Of a stretch of DNA of 64,000 bases, positions 13,302 through 27,401 are shown one piece after another. The notes beneath the pieces were generated by a model. It was not told the origin of the DNA. It made no database searches and was given only the letters and a program-made list of their open reading frames with translations. Source of the DNA: Octopus sinensis (taxonomy: Eukaryota). Numbering within the stretch: position 1 is the stretch's first letter; every line of letters begins with the position of its first letter. The DNA is taken from positions 25,730,001 to 25,794,000 of the forward strand of contig NC_043015.1 in NCBI RefSeq assembly GCF_006345805.1, read 5' to 3'. The position numbers were made by a program, and so were the translations under genes.

Positions 13302-14250
13302 CACCCGCAGCGTAGAACTACCTGTAGAAAAATACGGATTTTCTTTCTGTGGAACCGTTTTCGATTGTAATGGCAAATACAGAAATACGGAACCGTAATC
13401 CGTTAGTTATACATGTTCGGTTGACCTGTCATGTGAACTTGCAACATTTAGCTGAGATCTGTATTTTGATTGATCGAATATTACGCGGGAGATGGATATC
13501 CGATCCAGTCACGCTGTGCGTAATACATTCTAAAACAACTAAACTGAAACATCGTTGGAGCTTATGTCTGTCTATATATTGGGTTTACAAAATCTCTATC
13601 AACAGAGAGATGAGAGCATTCCAGGAGGACGAGTGATGATATTTCTCCTGCTGTTATAACGAAACACATGTCACCAACGAAGGTGAAAGCTGAATTATTC
13701 AATCGATGGATGAATTATACAACCACCAGAAGCCGTGATGTGTGTATTTCGACCACTTTATAATTTAGGAATAAAGTTGCGGTGTTATTTAAACGTTTGT
13801 TTCTTGTATTATTTCCACGAGTTAACATGCAACACATGGTATATAATGGTATTCAAGATTCCATAGCAAAACCAAGGGTGACTTTATAACCGCACAGCTA
13901 AAGACACTTTGGTAGCTTGGTCTTACACATAAACTTAAACGCACGTCCCTACACTCAAGCAAGCACACTCACAATTTATAAATTGGTACAATAAGAATTA
14001 CTGTTTAGACCCTGCCCACGAAACCAAGTGCTGTTGAAAATACCAAATACTTAAGACATAACATGATTTCACTCTATCTAATTATCTATTTATCTGCCTG
14101 CCTGCCTTTCTGCCTGTCTGTCTGACTGTATGTCTATATACTTAGGGACGCATACATACAAATATCTACACATAGATAGATACTTATACACATACATACA
14201 TATATTCATATCTGTTTATGTGTGTGTGTGTTTGTGTGTGTGTGCATGTG

Positions 14251-14281
<31 letters not shown>

Positions 14282-14819
14282 ATTTGTGTGTATGGTTGGT
14301 TGTGTATTTATACCAATTAGAAAACAAAGAACTGGTAAGTCTAACTTCGTCATAAAAGCATGAATTGGGAGGAAACATTTTGTTTTTTGAAATACAAAGT
14401 TCAAAGTTATCTACAGAGAAGATACTTTGTCTTCCATTGTTTTCTTTTGATTAGATTCAGATTGCCGCTTATCATCACACACACGCACGCATGCACACAC
14501 ACACGCACACACACACACACATATATGGCTAGCTAGCTAGCTAGATAGATATCTGTATATATACATATATAAATGTGCCTGTATATATATATATTATATA
14601 TATATACATGTATATATATAAATAAATACATATATATGTGCGTATGTAAATACATATATGTATGTATATGTATGCATATATATATATATACAAATATACA
14701 TATAGATATACGAACATAAATTTACATATATATATATATATAAATATACATATATATATATATATATGTGGGTGTATGTGTGTGTGTGTATATATATACG
14801 TATATATACCAACAGTCAC

Positions 14820-14887
<68 letters not shown>

Positions 14888-15395
14888 TAATAATTATATT
14901 GACAACAACATGTACAGTATATATGATTACAATGTTGATTCGCAATAGTAATATATTTGGAAACTTAAGTAGGGAAAAAACAACAAATACAATGCTATTA
15001 AGGAAGGAGAGGTGACAAGAGAGAGAGAGAGAGAGAGAGAAGAAGAAGGGAAGGAGAGAGAGACAGACAGAGAAAGAGAGGGGGGAGGGAGGGAGGAAAA
15101 GTGACAGAGAACTCATACACCACCTTGTTGCTATCTCGCCCGAGTCGAAAATTTAATTCTGAAGTGAAGCTATGCAATCGCAGCAGACAGTCACTATATA
15201 CGACTAAATTAACGTGGATTGTGTTTGCATAAAAGATATTTAAACTAGCTTATGATGTCTGATGCGGCAGTTGTATGCACGTGTGTGCTTATGTGTAGGT
15301 CTACACACATACATATATGCATACATACACAAACACACACACACATATATATATATATATCTGTGTGTATGAATGTGTGCGGAAATGTGTGTATA

Positions 15396-15436
<41 letters not shown>

Positions 15437-15501
15437 TATATATATGTATATTATATATATATATATATATTATATATATATATATATAAAATAATAATGT
15501 T

Positions 15502-15582
<81 letters not shown>

Positions 15583-15731
15583 AGTATATATATGTATATA
15601 TATACTTCAGCAAAAGTTTAGATTCAAATGAATATGGTACTTAATTTAGTTGCACCAGAATTTTGTATGGTGTATCCATAAAAATCCGTGGGGTGATTAT
15701 AATCAAAATAAGCAACAACAATGACTCCGGT

Positions 15732-15822
15732 AATTTGGTACAATCGTTTCGTACTACATCATTTTATTAAATGTTGTAAGTATTACAAGAGATTTAAAAT
15801 GCCGAGTACTCATCAGCCAATT
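15732..15822 (-). ncRNA. Type I hammerhead ribozyme motif with long loop II
   Basis: Minus strand: aattgg CTGATGA GTAC...GTAC GAAACGATTGTA ccaaatt. Confidence 0.75.
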
Positions 15823-16175
15823 ATAGAGGTTTTCCATTAATACAAAAATTTTCATATCAAGTGGCAACATTATAGAGAAGGTAGATATATAGACAAAGAT
15901 GTGGATTTAAATTTTAAGAACATTTGAGGTAGTGGAGCCTATCAACTGACTGACTAAGATTTGGTTGATCCAAACTATTGTAAGAATATGAGAGGGAAGA
16001 ATAAGTTGAAGGAGACAATAAAGATTTTCTAATTATAGAAATGGGGTAATGGGGTTTCAGAGCTCCATATAAGGAATTTATGTGGAAGACAGCATTGTCA
16101 CTACTAAATGCCAATTACTACTATTTGATGAACAGATTCAGCGTTAGGAGAACTAGGTCAATGTCAAGTGGTCAC

Positions 16176-16266
16176 AATTGGCTGATGAGTACTCGGCATT
16201 TTAAATCTGTTGTAATATTTATAACATTTAATAAAATGATGTTGTACGAAAAGATCGTACCAAATT
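16176..16266 (+). ncRNA. Type I hammerhead ribozyme motif (one helix III substitution)
   Basis: aattgg CTGATGA GTAC...GTAC GAAAAGATCGTA ccaaatt; the copy at 44827 shows the intact GAAACGATCGTA. Confidence 0.7.
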
Positions 16267-17506
16267 ACCGGAGTCATTCTTGTTGTTTTTTTTGAGTATA
16301 TATATAATGCGAGCACATGTGTGCATATTAATTCATGCATGTGCTCATATGATTGTACACACTTCTACATAAACACGCACACACACATATACATACACAA
16401 GTATATGTGTGGGTGCGTGTGTGTATGTATGTATGTGTGTACGTGTGTGTGTCGTTATTGGAATGAAATCACACAACATACTATATTTCTTATCGTACAT
16501 AATCTCAAGCTTATTTCCCACCTGTCTCTAAGGAATAATATACATTTCGATCTCATTGCAATATTTTTGAACAATCTTGGTTAAAATATTGCCGTTGCCT
16601 TCAAATTGCTATCAAGAATATTCATATTATTATCCAAGGACCATTTCTTACATGCCGACGTTAATGGCCCCTATCAAAGTGGTAACACGGAAGGATTCTT
16701 AAAAAAGCAAGAAAGCCTGTACTTTTCATAGCAAATTTCATTTGGATTAAAAAGTATAAATATACTCCTTTCAAAGTGAGTAGTCGTTTAATGTTTACAA
16801 ATATCGCCAACGTTACAGTTAGTTTAATCATTTTCTCATTTTCAACGCCGTGCGTACGAGATTCTCTGATATGTCTGCAGAGTTTTATCATGATCAATTT
16901 CTAATCGATAAATATTTGGTAAGAAAGTCTTCGACTTCTTGAAATATTTTGGATTCTTAACTACATTTAAGAAACTAGTCAACTTTTGTTAATTTCCTTT
17001 AAATTTGGTGTCTCATTATGCATCATATGAAAATTTAGAATAAATCAACATATTATCCCCGTATATCAATGATTTAATTAAACGTTAATAAAATACTAAT
17101 CCTTAATTGTCCTGAAATTCAACGTAGAAAGCGATCTGTAACATGTTATAATCCCCTATATTATTTACAAGTAATAACATTCGTAGCTTAAGGATATTTG
17201 AAATTCCCTTTTAATCGTTACCCCTAGGTACAAGCAGTAACTTTTGTGACAAAATGATGCAAAACGAAATTTATCAGCATAATCACCCTTTTAAAATTAA
17301 GGCATAAATGGAAACACATTGTTGACCGAATATATTTGGTATTTAAACCAGGCAGACATATTACTGGATATAAAATGGAATACCCTATATTTTGTAAAAT
17401 CATACTCTGTAGGTAATAAATACAGGCGAACTTTATGTCTCTGAAACCTTTATAAATCTGTTTTCCCATACTCTACTTAATAAATACTCTACTTAATAAA
17501 TACATA

Positions 17507-17769
17507 GGATCGCGGTTTGGATTCCCAGACCGAGTGTTGTGTGTGTTTATTGAGCGAAAACACCTAAAGCTCCACGAGGCTCTGGCAGGGGGTGGTGGCG
17601 ATCCTTGCTGTACTCTTTCGCCACAACTTTCTCTCACTCTTTCTTCTGTTGGCCTGCTCGCTTAGCCTGCGGGGTGGCGTCATTTAAAGGCTAAAACCAT
17701 GCAAAGTGCATTGTGACCAGCGATGTATAGCAACATCTGATAGCCTGGTCGGTCACGGTGATCACGGTA
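17507..17769 (+). mobile_element. SINE, 5'-truncated
   Basis: Degenerate B-box-like start; the 3' ~120 bp are nearly identical to 60638-60760. Confidence 0.7.
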
Positions 17770-17982
17770 ATATATATATATATATATATATATATATTCC
17801 ACATTAAGACCCCCAGTTCATTTGCTTTTATCACGGGCTATATGTAATGTGTATTTTCTCACATGGTCTAAATATCATTATAATATCATAATCTAAATTT
17901 GTTTGTTTACTTCCTTTCTATTTCACACAAACCACGTATCACAGATGGTTGTTGTTGCAAGATATACTCACTTTGAACTTGC

Positions 17983-18062
<80 letters not shown>

Positions 18063-20832
18063 GTGTGTGTGTGGATACAGGTATTACTGTAAATTTAATA
18101 TATCCCTATATGGAAATTATGCGACATGATGCAATCTAGCTTATTACGTTACAGAATTTTTTTAAAACTCGTATTCCTTTACGAAGTTATTGAAGTAATG
18201 ATTTAGCCCAGCTTATCTATCTCACCTTTTATATCAATCAAAACTATCATTTATTCAACAAAAGAAATTCCTGCTTCAACAATATATCCGCCGAAACAAT
18301 CTTCAAGAAAGGAAAGGAAACAGGGCAGTGGGTTGGCAGAATCATTAGAGTGGTATTTCTTTCAACTTGTTACGTACAGAGTTCATATCCTGTTCGAGTC
18401 AGTGTTTCTTTTCATTATTTTGGGTTCGAGAAAATAAAGTGACAATAGATTTCTTGGATCAGTGATACCAACTAACGCCGAACACTGAAGTTCTAGATCT
18501 TGTTCTCATACAAAATGTTGTTTTGTTTGATTGAACAGGCCCATCATAAAAGAAGCTGCTGCAAACGTCAAACATATCTTAAGGGTATTTATGATTTTTT
18601 TAAATGTGAAGTGTTGTTCCTTAGTAGATGCTGATAAAAATTTTCAGCTATTTCCAGTAAGTCGAGCAACCACTTTGGTTTATCCTTAGACATTCTTATT
18701 TCTAGATGTGAACAATAATTTTCAAACTAGAGTTGGATCAAGTCATAAATAATTGCGGAAGTCTTATAATGCCTAAATATGAACATCAACAGAGCCATAG
18801 ATGTGTATACAAAAGTGGGAGGCTTAGTTTGTTCCACCCACCCAACTTCCGATGATGTAATAGAGATGGTTTCATAATATACCCCACACAAGTCTTCTCC
18901 ATCCGAATGGCAGGTTGTATGCCAGAGTTGCTGGAGGCCGTACATTTGCAGAATAGTGAGAGCGTTGGAAGAAATGCCAAACGGGATTTGGTTAGTTCAG
19001 TTCTCTACATTCTGAATTAAAATCCGACAGATGGAAAATTTATTATTCATCTTAATCAGAACCAATAAAAGCAGAATCAATCAAATGTTGGAATCGATTC
19101 AATCTAGTACATCCATTCGAAATATCAAGTCTCGTGCTTATGTCAGAAAGTAATGTTAATTCCCAAATTATTCAAAGAATTTCTTCCACAACTTTGTATG
19201 ATATTTAAGCATTATTTTTCTGATCGGAATTTGCTTCAAAAACTCTGAAGTAAGCTGCCGTGATTTGGTGGCACCTTAACTCTGCAATGCTGAGAGTAGA
19301 TTTGGATTATTAGTCAGCGAATAGTTGGGGAGCGATGCACTCCATCGAAGAAGTTGCAAAGGAGGCCACTTGATGGCAAGGGATAAAAACGGCAGATCAG
19401 TGGCTCGATGGGTTAAATGGACAAGATGGTCTGATATTTGAAAGATTTAAAACCCTTGAAGACCCCAGAAACATTATCGATAACGGATGTTAGGGAATTC
19501 GTGCTTTGCATTTAGGGAACTACAATCCGAAATGTCATTGTTATGAAGCGAACTTATTTACCGTTCATTCATTCATTCACATTATATATGGCCGTACTAA
19601 AATCCCTGAAAATAAGAGTAATGCGTAGGCATACACACACGTATATGTCTGTGTATGCGTGTGTGTATGTGTGTGTATACATACAGATAGATAGATAGAT
19701 ATGTGTGCGTGTTATATAAGTAGGTGCACGTGCGTAAGTGTATGAATGTAATCATATACGTACGTATTTATAAGAAATTATAAATTACCATATGAATGTA
19801 TTTGTGTTTGTATCCCTTATATGTTTTTGTTTGTCCCAGCGTGTGTTAGAGTACACGAATACATATAAGTATGTATGTGTGCATATGTGTGTACATGTGT
19901 GTGCGTGTGCTTCCAAGCGTGCATACGTTACGCTGACGGTAACAGAAATCAAAAGAAAGAACATGATAGAGTAATAACTGTTGACAAAAAGACATGAGAC
20001 AGCAGTTAATTTAATTCTTTGAGAGATGTTATTTAATCGAAGAGTATCTGAATGGTAAACGCTGGTTCAGCAACATCGTTACGGTTGACTGGTGAACGCT
20101 TTCGCAGTTTCTGTTTTTAGACCTCACTACATAAGTAACTCCAATCTGTAATTAAACGTTCTCACAACGTAAAATGTTCAAGAACATTGGGCGTAACATA
20201 TGAGAGGTCAGTCATTGTTAAAAGGCATTTGGCCAGAGCCGAACCTGAAGCAAGAGAGCAGAAGCGGCAACAACAACAAATGTAGCTGGAGTTAGCGCTA
20301 TAGTGATGTCTATTATATTATCTGACCAAACACGAAGATAGATGAACAACTGCAGTAGTCAGGATAGCTGCAGCTACAACAACAGCAGCAAGGGTATCTA
20401 TTATTTCATTTAAACAAAAGCGAAACTGGAAGCCACGGAAGCAGCAGCAGCATCACTTGCAGTCGTGTCTGTTGTATCATTTTGAAGTCTTCTCCTTCAA
20501 GTGTTGCTCACCAAAAAGAACGTTTTACGCGAAGTAAATTGTTATTGGCTTTCTCGATCGTTCGCTAACAAACGTTCAGCGAAGCAGCACCGATAATATG
20601 CTTGCAAATAGGTACAAGGGTATGTCTGTACGAGTGTATGCGAGTGTGTGTATGCCTCCACGCATACATAGGCATGCACACACACACACACACACACACA
20701 CACCCAAACAAATTTATAAACATATATAAACACACGGATTCATATGTGCACTTCCAAAAACGCACACATACATATATGTAAATTACTGCGTATATGCATA
20801 TGCATATTTGCATGTATGTATATGTATATATA

Positions 20833-20880
<48 letters not shown>

Positions 20881-21461
20881 TATGTATGTGTATATATATA
20901 TATATATATATATGTAATACATATATATACACACACACATAAATATATATATATATGTATGTATGAATGTATATGTCCACACACGTAAATCCGTATATGT
21001 GTGAACGCATTCACACAAAATTTGGCATAGACATAGAAACACGTATACTACATACGTACGCGTGTATATTACATGTGTCTGTTGCATGTGCGTAAGTGCG
21101 TATGTAATCCCGAACTTGCGCTTGAACGTGTATGCGCGCTCGTGCATGTGTGTGTGCATGTATGTGTGCGTGTGTGTGTGCATGTGTGTGCCTGTATGTT
21201 TCGCCATCTAATTGCTCGATGGTGGAGAAGTGGTTCTCTAGTGATATGATATAAATTTTTCTCACTTGAATAGCTATTTTCATTTCCCCTTAGCAACAAC
21301 TAAAGCAGCGCATTGAGCTTAGCTACGACACTCACTAAATTTCCTCAAGTTTAGATTCGTGCTAAAGACATCACTTGGAAATTACATACCATGTAAATCA
21401 CTCGAATAATAATAACAACAACAACAACAACGATAATGATAATAATATAATAATAATAATA

Positions 21462-21499
<38 letters not shown>

Positions 21500-21938
21500 G
21501 TAATAATAATAAAAGTAATAATGATAATAGAAACTACAATGGCGGTAATAAGAGTAATGTTAATAACAAAGGGTTTATGAAACATTTTGTCTCATAACTG
21601 TAATCATCGATTATAGATTGGTGCTGTCGAGCGTGAGCTGTTATTGGTTACGATGAGACAGTCACGTGTGTGTGTGTGTGTGTGTGTGCGTTTTGTCGTT
21701 GTGATATATCTTACCTATAAAAGCAGCTTCAATGTGTTTGACAGAGAATAAACAGATTACGATGTTATGTGCTGGTCTTGGTGTTAGTGATGGAGAAGAA
21801 AGAATGTAGACAAACGTACATAAAAGTGTGCGCACGTACACATAGACACACACATACACACATACATATCTATGTATATGAGTAAATAGATACATGCATA
21901 CATATACATATATATATACGTGTGTTTGTGCATGCGCG

Positions 21939-22022
<84 letters not shown>

Positions 22023-22980
22023 CACACATACATATATGCACACGCACATGTATATATAAGTGATAGACATGAAGATGCGTTCACAATCTCTCGTGCACTC
22101 GCATATGCACACACACACGCACACATACAGACACAGACACGTATGCATGTGTGTACATATGTATGTCTATTAAAATGCAAGCACATACGCACAAACAATA
22201 GAGCGCGCTCACTATATATGCCACATGTACAGTAAGACTTGTGCATACATCCACAGATGGACCTCGAAGGCTTTATTGATGACCACATTTACATACACAA
22301 TACTAACACCAAAGATTCACCGGTGATACTTGTCACAGTTGGTGTTTTCTTATTTTTTCGCTCTCAGCACAATAAATATACCTATCCGATCCTATTTACG
22401 CTAATTCAGGCATCTTATGATGGTAAAGATTACAGTTCAAAGCCGTTTCACTGTTATTTATAATTGATGGGATTTATATCAGTTCGCTGAAAAATTTGCT
22501 GAAATCCTATACTGGGATCAAACGATCATTTGCGGCAATATTATAAGCAAATTTTTATGAAACCGGATGTAACTTTCAACACTATTGTGTAGGCATTTCC
22601 CTCCGGTTAATATGTGTGTGTACATACATGCACGCACACGCACTCACATATATACATATATGTTTATGTATACATGCATGTATATCTATCTATCTAGCTA
22701 TATATCCCTTTCTCTCTCTCCATATATATATACCCACATACGTACAAGTATAAATATATGTGTACACACACACGCATGCACAAACACACACACACATGAC
22801 CACTTGCTTTCAGCTTTCTTTCCACTGCGCATAATGTAGGTGAATTGAATTTCAAAGGAGCCTTTACTCGACCAATTACACTTTTAGCGTAATTTGGATG
22901 ATGGAGCATCTATAGAAGCTCTGGGTATATAAGGTATATAAGGGAGGGGGTCTTTTTCCATTAAATATATATATATATAA

Positions 22981-23312
22981 GGGGTAAAGACCACCCCCCT
23001 TTTAGTCATGAATGACTATGGGATTGCACCTAGAAAGTTACCCTCTAAGGTACAGGGCTGGGCAAGGTTGTTTTGGGGACGTCAGCAATAGGCCATGCAT
23101 ACCAACCTCTCCTCTCCACCTCACCGATGTTATCCAAGGGAAAGGCAAAGGGGCTGATACAGCTTGGCACCAGGGACATCAAAACGCATTTCTACACCTG
23201 AGTGAACTGGAGCAACGTGAAATAAAGTGTCTTGCTCAAGAACACAACACACAGTCCGGTCTGTGAATCGAACTCTCTACCTCATGATTTCAGACCGACG
23301 CTCTAACCACTA
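22981..23312 (-). mobile_element. tRNA-derived SINE
   Basis: Minus strand begins tagtggttagagcgtc...gagttcgattc (A/B boxes); homologous along its length to 48448-48780. Confidence 0.85.
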
Positions 23313-23616
23313 AATTATATATATATATATATATATCGTAGCACAAGCTGCGTTCATGAAGGGGAGTTCACTCCCTAACCTAATGAGTTAGGAGTTGAGT
23401 AACATTATGTGTGTTGTGAATACAGCAGGCCTGACTGTAGTACAATACGTTACAATAAAAACACCGACCAAAACAATTGTAGGAATAAAAGATAACTCGT
23501 ACATCTGTTTCACAATATATGTGCACACACACAGATATATGCGTATATACATACATATATATATATATTATACGGGAAGCTTTATGAAAATAGACAAAAG
23601 ACGAAGGCAGGTGGAA

Positions 23617-23661
<45 letters not shown>

Positions 23662-23669
23662 TATATGCG

Positions 23670-23709
<40 letters not shown>

Positions 23710-23746
23710 ATATAATATATATATATGCGTATATATATATAATATA

Positions 23747-23792
<46 letters not shown>

Positions 23793-23831
23793 TGTATATA
23801 TACATAATCTATATAATATATATATATGTAT

Positions 23832-24180
23832 GACTCAAAAGAGATACCCGAAGAATAGGATATCTGACTCGCTAGAAAGAGCAGTTAAAACTCCAAGCCA
23901 CCGAGGTTTCTGCAGAAACCTTGCAGGGTCTAGGATTAAGGTAAAAGCTTTTATTTTTCAATCACTTTCGGAATTACAACAATTGGTGGCTTGGAGTTTT
24001 AACTGCTCTTTCTAGCGAGTCAGATATCCTATTCTTCGGGTATCTCTTTTGTGTTTGAACGTACACTGTATTCTTCTCTGAATAATGTATAGTCTATTGA
24101 CTAATTTCTTCTTTCTCACTAGACCACTGGTAACTAAGAATTTTTCTATGAATATTCTTGCTACCCTAAGATTTTAATTA
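23832..24180. mobile_element. (TA)n-flanked element with a perfect 67-bp inverted repeat
   Basis: 23836-23902 is the reverse complement of 23985-24051; terminus similar to the 37413 and 60777 elements. Confidence 0.75.
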
Positions 24181-24188
24181 TATATATG

Positions 24189-24390
24189 TAGGGAGAGTTT
24201 ATGAAAAAAACAAACGACGAAGACAGGTGGTGTACAAAACAAACATATGTATTAGTATAACTCTCAAGAATAGAAAAAGTCTTTTATGTTTCGAGCCTAC
24301 GCTCTTCTACAGAAAGGGACACAAAAAAAAAAAAAACAAGGAGAGAAAAAAATGTGTGTAGTGGCTAACGATCTATCATGGCATCTAACT
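24189..24390 (-). mobile_element. PLE-derived element with degenerate HHR at 24281-24316
   Basis: Minus strand: cttt CTGTAGA a GAGC gtag GCTC GAAACATA aaag; related sequence at 23570-23620 and 25153-25405. Confidence 0.6.
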
Positions 24391-24419
24391 CGAACAGACG
24401 GGTCACCCACGAGGAGGAA

Positions 24420-25020
24420 AGTAGGGGAGATAACAAAGTAAAGATAACCCCCAACACGAAGGTGCGTGTGTATAAGAGAGTATGTATGTGCGTGTGAAAG
24501 AGGGGTGATGGTCTGGACGTGTGCGTGTATGTATGTGTAGGTGTGGAAATGTGGGGATGGGTGTATGGATGGTGTGTTGTGATGTGATGTGTAATGTTGG
24601 GAGGTGGGGAGGCGAGAGTAGGGAAAGCACGGGTGGGGTGTGGGTTCGGCTGAGGGTTGGCGTTAGTGGGTAGACAGAGGGTGGGGTAGAGGTGGGGTAT
24701 GTTGGGGAGGGTGTGTGGGATAGGATAGGGGGATGGGATAGGGGGATGGGAAGGATAGGGAAGGTGGAGTAGGAATGTGTAGGGGTGGGTGGGCGTATGG
24801 TAGAGGGGAAGGTGGGTATGTGAGGAGAGACAAGAGGAGAGAAGAGAGAAAGAGAGTAAGAGAGAAGATAGAAAGAGAGAAGAGAGAAAGATAGTAAGAG
24901 GGAAGAGGGAAAGAGGGGAGAGAAAGAGAGAAAGAGAGTAAGAGAGAAGAGGGAAAGAGAGTAGGAGTGAAGAGAAGTAGGAGTGAAGAAAAGTAGGTGT
25001 TGGGGCAAGGGAGGAGAGTT
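24420..25020 (+). repeat. G-rich then GA-rich low-complexity tract
   Basis: Dense GGG/GGGG runs at ~24540-24820, then an almost pure purine tract. Confidence 0.85.
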
Positions 25021-25118
25021 GGTACATATATAAATACATATATATACATATATGTATGTTTTGTTTTACTAAAAGTTTCAATAATATGTGTGTGTGTACA
25101 CACACACACACACACAAC

Positions 25119-25149
<31 letters not shown>

Positions 25150-25152
25150 CAC

Positions 25153-25405
25153 ATAGTTGAAATTTATAGAAAATCAAAAGACGAAGACAGGTGTATGAAC
25201 AACAAGCAGGTATATTAGTTTACGTTTCGAGCCTATGCTCTTTAACAGAGTGGAATAAGAGAAAATAAACAGAGATGACCGCAAAATCTACTATAGGCTC
25301 GAAACGTAAAATACTTTTTTCATTTTCCCAAGCGTCAAACTAATACAACTGCTTGTTGTTCATACAGCTGCCTTTGTCTTTTGTTTTTCTGTAAATTTAA
25401 ACTAT
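25153..25405. mobile_element. Inverted-repeat element with HHR 3' halves (GGCTCGAAACGTA) on both strands
   Basis: 25153-25236 is the reverse complement of 25293-25405 apart from an internal deletion; same family as 24189-24390. Confidence 0.7.
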
Positions 25406-25591
25406 ATATTATACGCGCACGTGGTCAGTCCAATTTTATCCTGTCTTAACTCTCTACTCATTGATATTGCACATCAACCACTTCCCGAGCATTCTGAACC
25501 TCTCCTCATCTACATGCCAGCACTCCACCCGGATTACCAATGGATATACTGACTCTACTTTCGCGGACTTCATTGGGTTTTTTCGTTGATA

Positions 25592-25678
<87 letters not shown>

Positions 25679-26227
25679 TATATATATATATATAATACAG
25701 CAATTAAATACAGGCATATACATAAACCTGATGAGTATATTTGATGGAATTAGAAAATACATAAATAAAAGATGCCAAATACAGAAATGGAGTTTTGTAA
25801 TAGGCTTACCTTGATAGTTGTTTAGAATGAACAATGGCTTATATATTATTAATTAACCACGTTTATTGTATAATAAAAATCCACAGTGCCTCTTCCTACA
25901 GCCATGCATCTCCCCTTATTGATGTCGGACCATGTATTGAAACGAACCGATGCAGAGATATGAAACGTCCAGTTTGTCTTCATCAACAGGGTTCTCCACA
26001 ATACAACTCAACCTAGGGTGATCAGGGAACCTGAGGTGGCCGGCGCGAAAGGAACCAGCTTAGCCCCCACCCTGTAAATGTCCATATCCTTCTCCTCTTT
26101 CTAGGGGTTCAGCACCACCAAAATAAATTGGACGCCATCCAGGCCAACTTGATCTCGGACGGGCTGGTGCGCCGACCTCACCTGCACCGCCTGGCATGTT
26201 TTCGTTAAGCCTCCCAGCCTCACAGTT

Positions 26228-26473
26228 GTGGCTCGCTCAACGCAGAGCCATCATTCTTTACATCATTCGCCATTCTCTGACAGGTCTTGTGATCTGCCTA
26301 TGGTAGTGGAGACCCTCCGGCGTTCTTGGCCCAAACTACAACCCTGCCCACTGCTATCTGGTGAAAGATGGTTTTCCGCAACTGCCAACCCCGTATGTCA
26401 GACTGGTTGTTCCAGTGCATCTCCCTTGCCATACACCAGGGCAACACCTTCACGTCGGTCACGATGCTACTAA
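26228..26473 (+). mobile_element. CRE-like RLE non-LTR retrotransposon C-terminal remnant
   Basis: Frameshifted DLPMVVETL... and DWLFQCISLAIHQGN resemble PxAVETLG and WLFQRISLAIQRGNA. Confidence 0.5.
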
Positions 26474-26961
26474 TCATCTCTTCTCGGTTAGTAACAAGTT
26501 ATCCTTCTAATCTGTTTCTTCATATTGCCAAACCTTTAGTAAGCACTACAGATTCTGATCTAATCGCTCATTTCATGGAGATCCAACACCGGCTTCTATT
26601 GATTGCTCCCGTCAACTGCCGCTTAACTAGTTCATTAATCCGGTCCCTGTAAGGACGCGCTCAACTTGCAATCACTGGATCCCTGTATACAGGTTCTAAC
26701 TAAATTGGTTGAGCAGATCCAAATCCAACCAAAGACACCTCTCAGAAAATTTTCAAACTCTTCTGCGATCGGACTTCTACGAGTTTTCTTGTTAAGACAT
26801 ATTATATAGATCACAGTTTGTGTGTGTATGTAATCTGATCCTTGAAGCCTAGTGGTAGAACAAGAACGGGTGAAACGGGCCGCACCTATCCCGACGGAGG
26901 CGGCCGTATATCGCAGCTATTGCGACGCGACGAGTGCACGGTCCCAAGTGGGCCACTTTTG

Positions 26962-27172
26962 GTAAACAGATTGGTGCAAGGGTGAAGGTAGAACACCTAC
27001 AAAATCAGCATTGCTTGGAACTACGAGAATCCTTCGCAGAGGTGTTGAAGTATGACCAGAAAACAAGTGTCATCTTAGCCTGATAGCTGTGGACAGCTGA
27101 CACCATCATATTCAGCAAAGTAAGCAGAGGGTTTTCATTAAATACTACTACTAATAATAATAATAATAACAA
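26962..27172 (+). mobile_element. R4/Dong-like LINE 3' end with (AAT)n tail
   Basis: EHLQ / KSALLGTTRILRR resembles LQKSALLGTARILRRVL; followed by a short UTR and (AAT)n. Confidence 0.7.
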
Positions 27173-27401
27173 TTACTTTTATTGATCCTAATAAACATTA
27201 TGATGACGATGATACTAGCATTCAATGCTCAAATCTAATGCGCAAATTGTAAAATAAAGTATGGGAATATATGTTAAGATTCATATATTGATATATGTGT
27301 GTGAGCGTTTATATTACGTACACTTGTATGTGTGTGTGTCTGTATGTGTATGGCTTTGCCCGCGCGCGCGTATGTTGATATATGTATATATATATATATA
27401 T

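Larger units (their letters stand above)
15603..16296. mobile_element. (TA)n-flanked PLE-derived element with inverted HHR-bearing arms
   Basis: ~15709-15822 is the reverse complement of ~16176-16292; same family as 44785-44972. Confidence 0.8.

Noticed and set aside
23830-24015. ORF TQKRYPKNRISDSLERA resembling the PLE thumb RxYP motif
   Set aside because: Very short similarity with no flanking RT motifs; lies within an inverted repeat
25725-25775. CTGATGA-GTAT...ATAC next to (TA)n
   Set aside because: GAAA and a palindromic helix III are absent at the expected position
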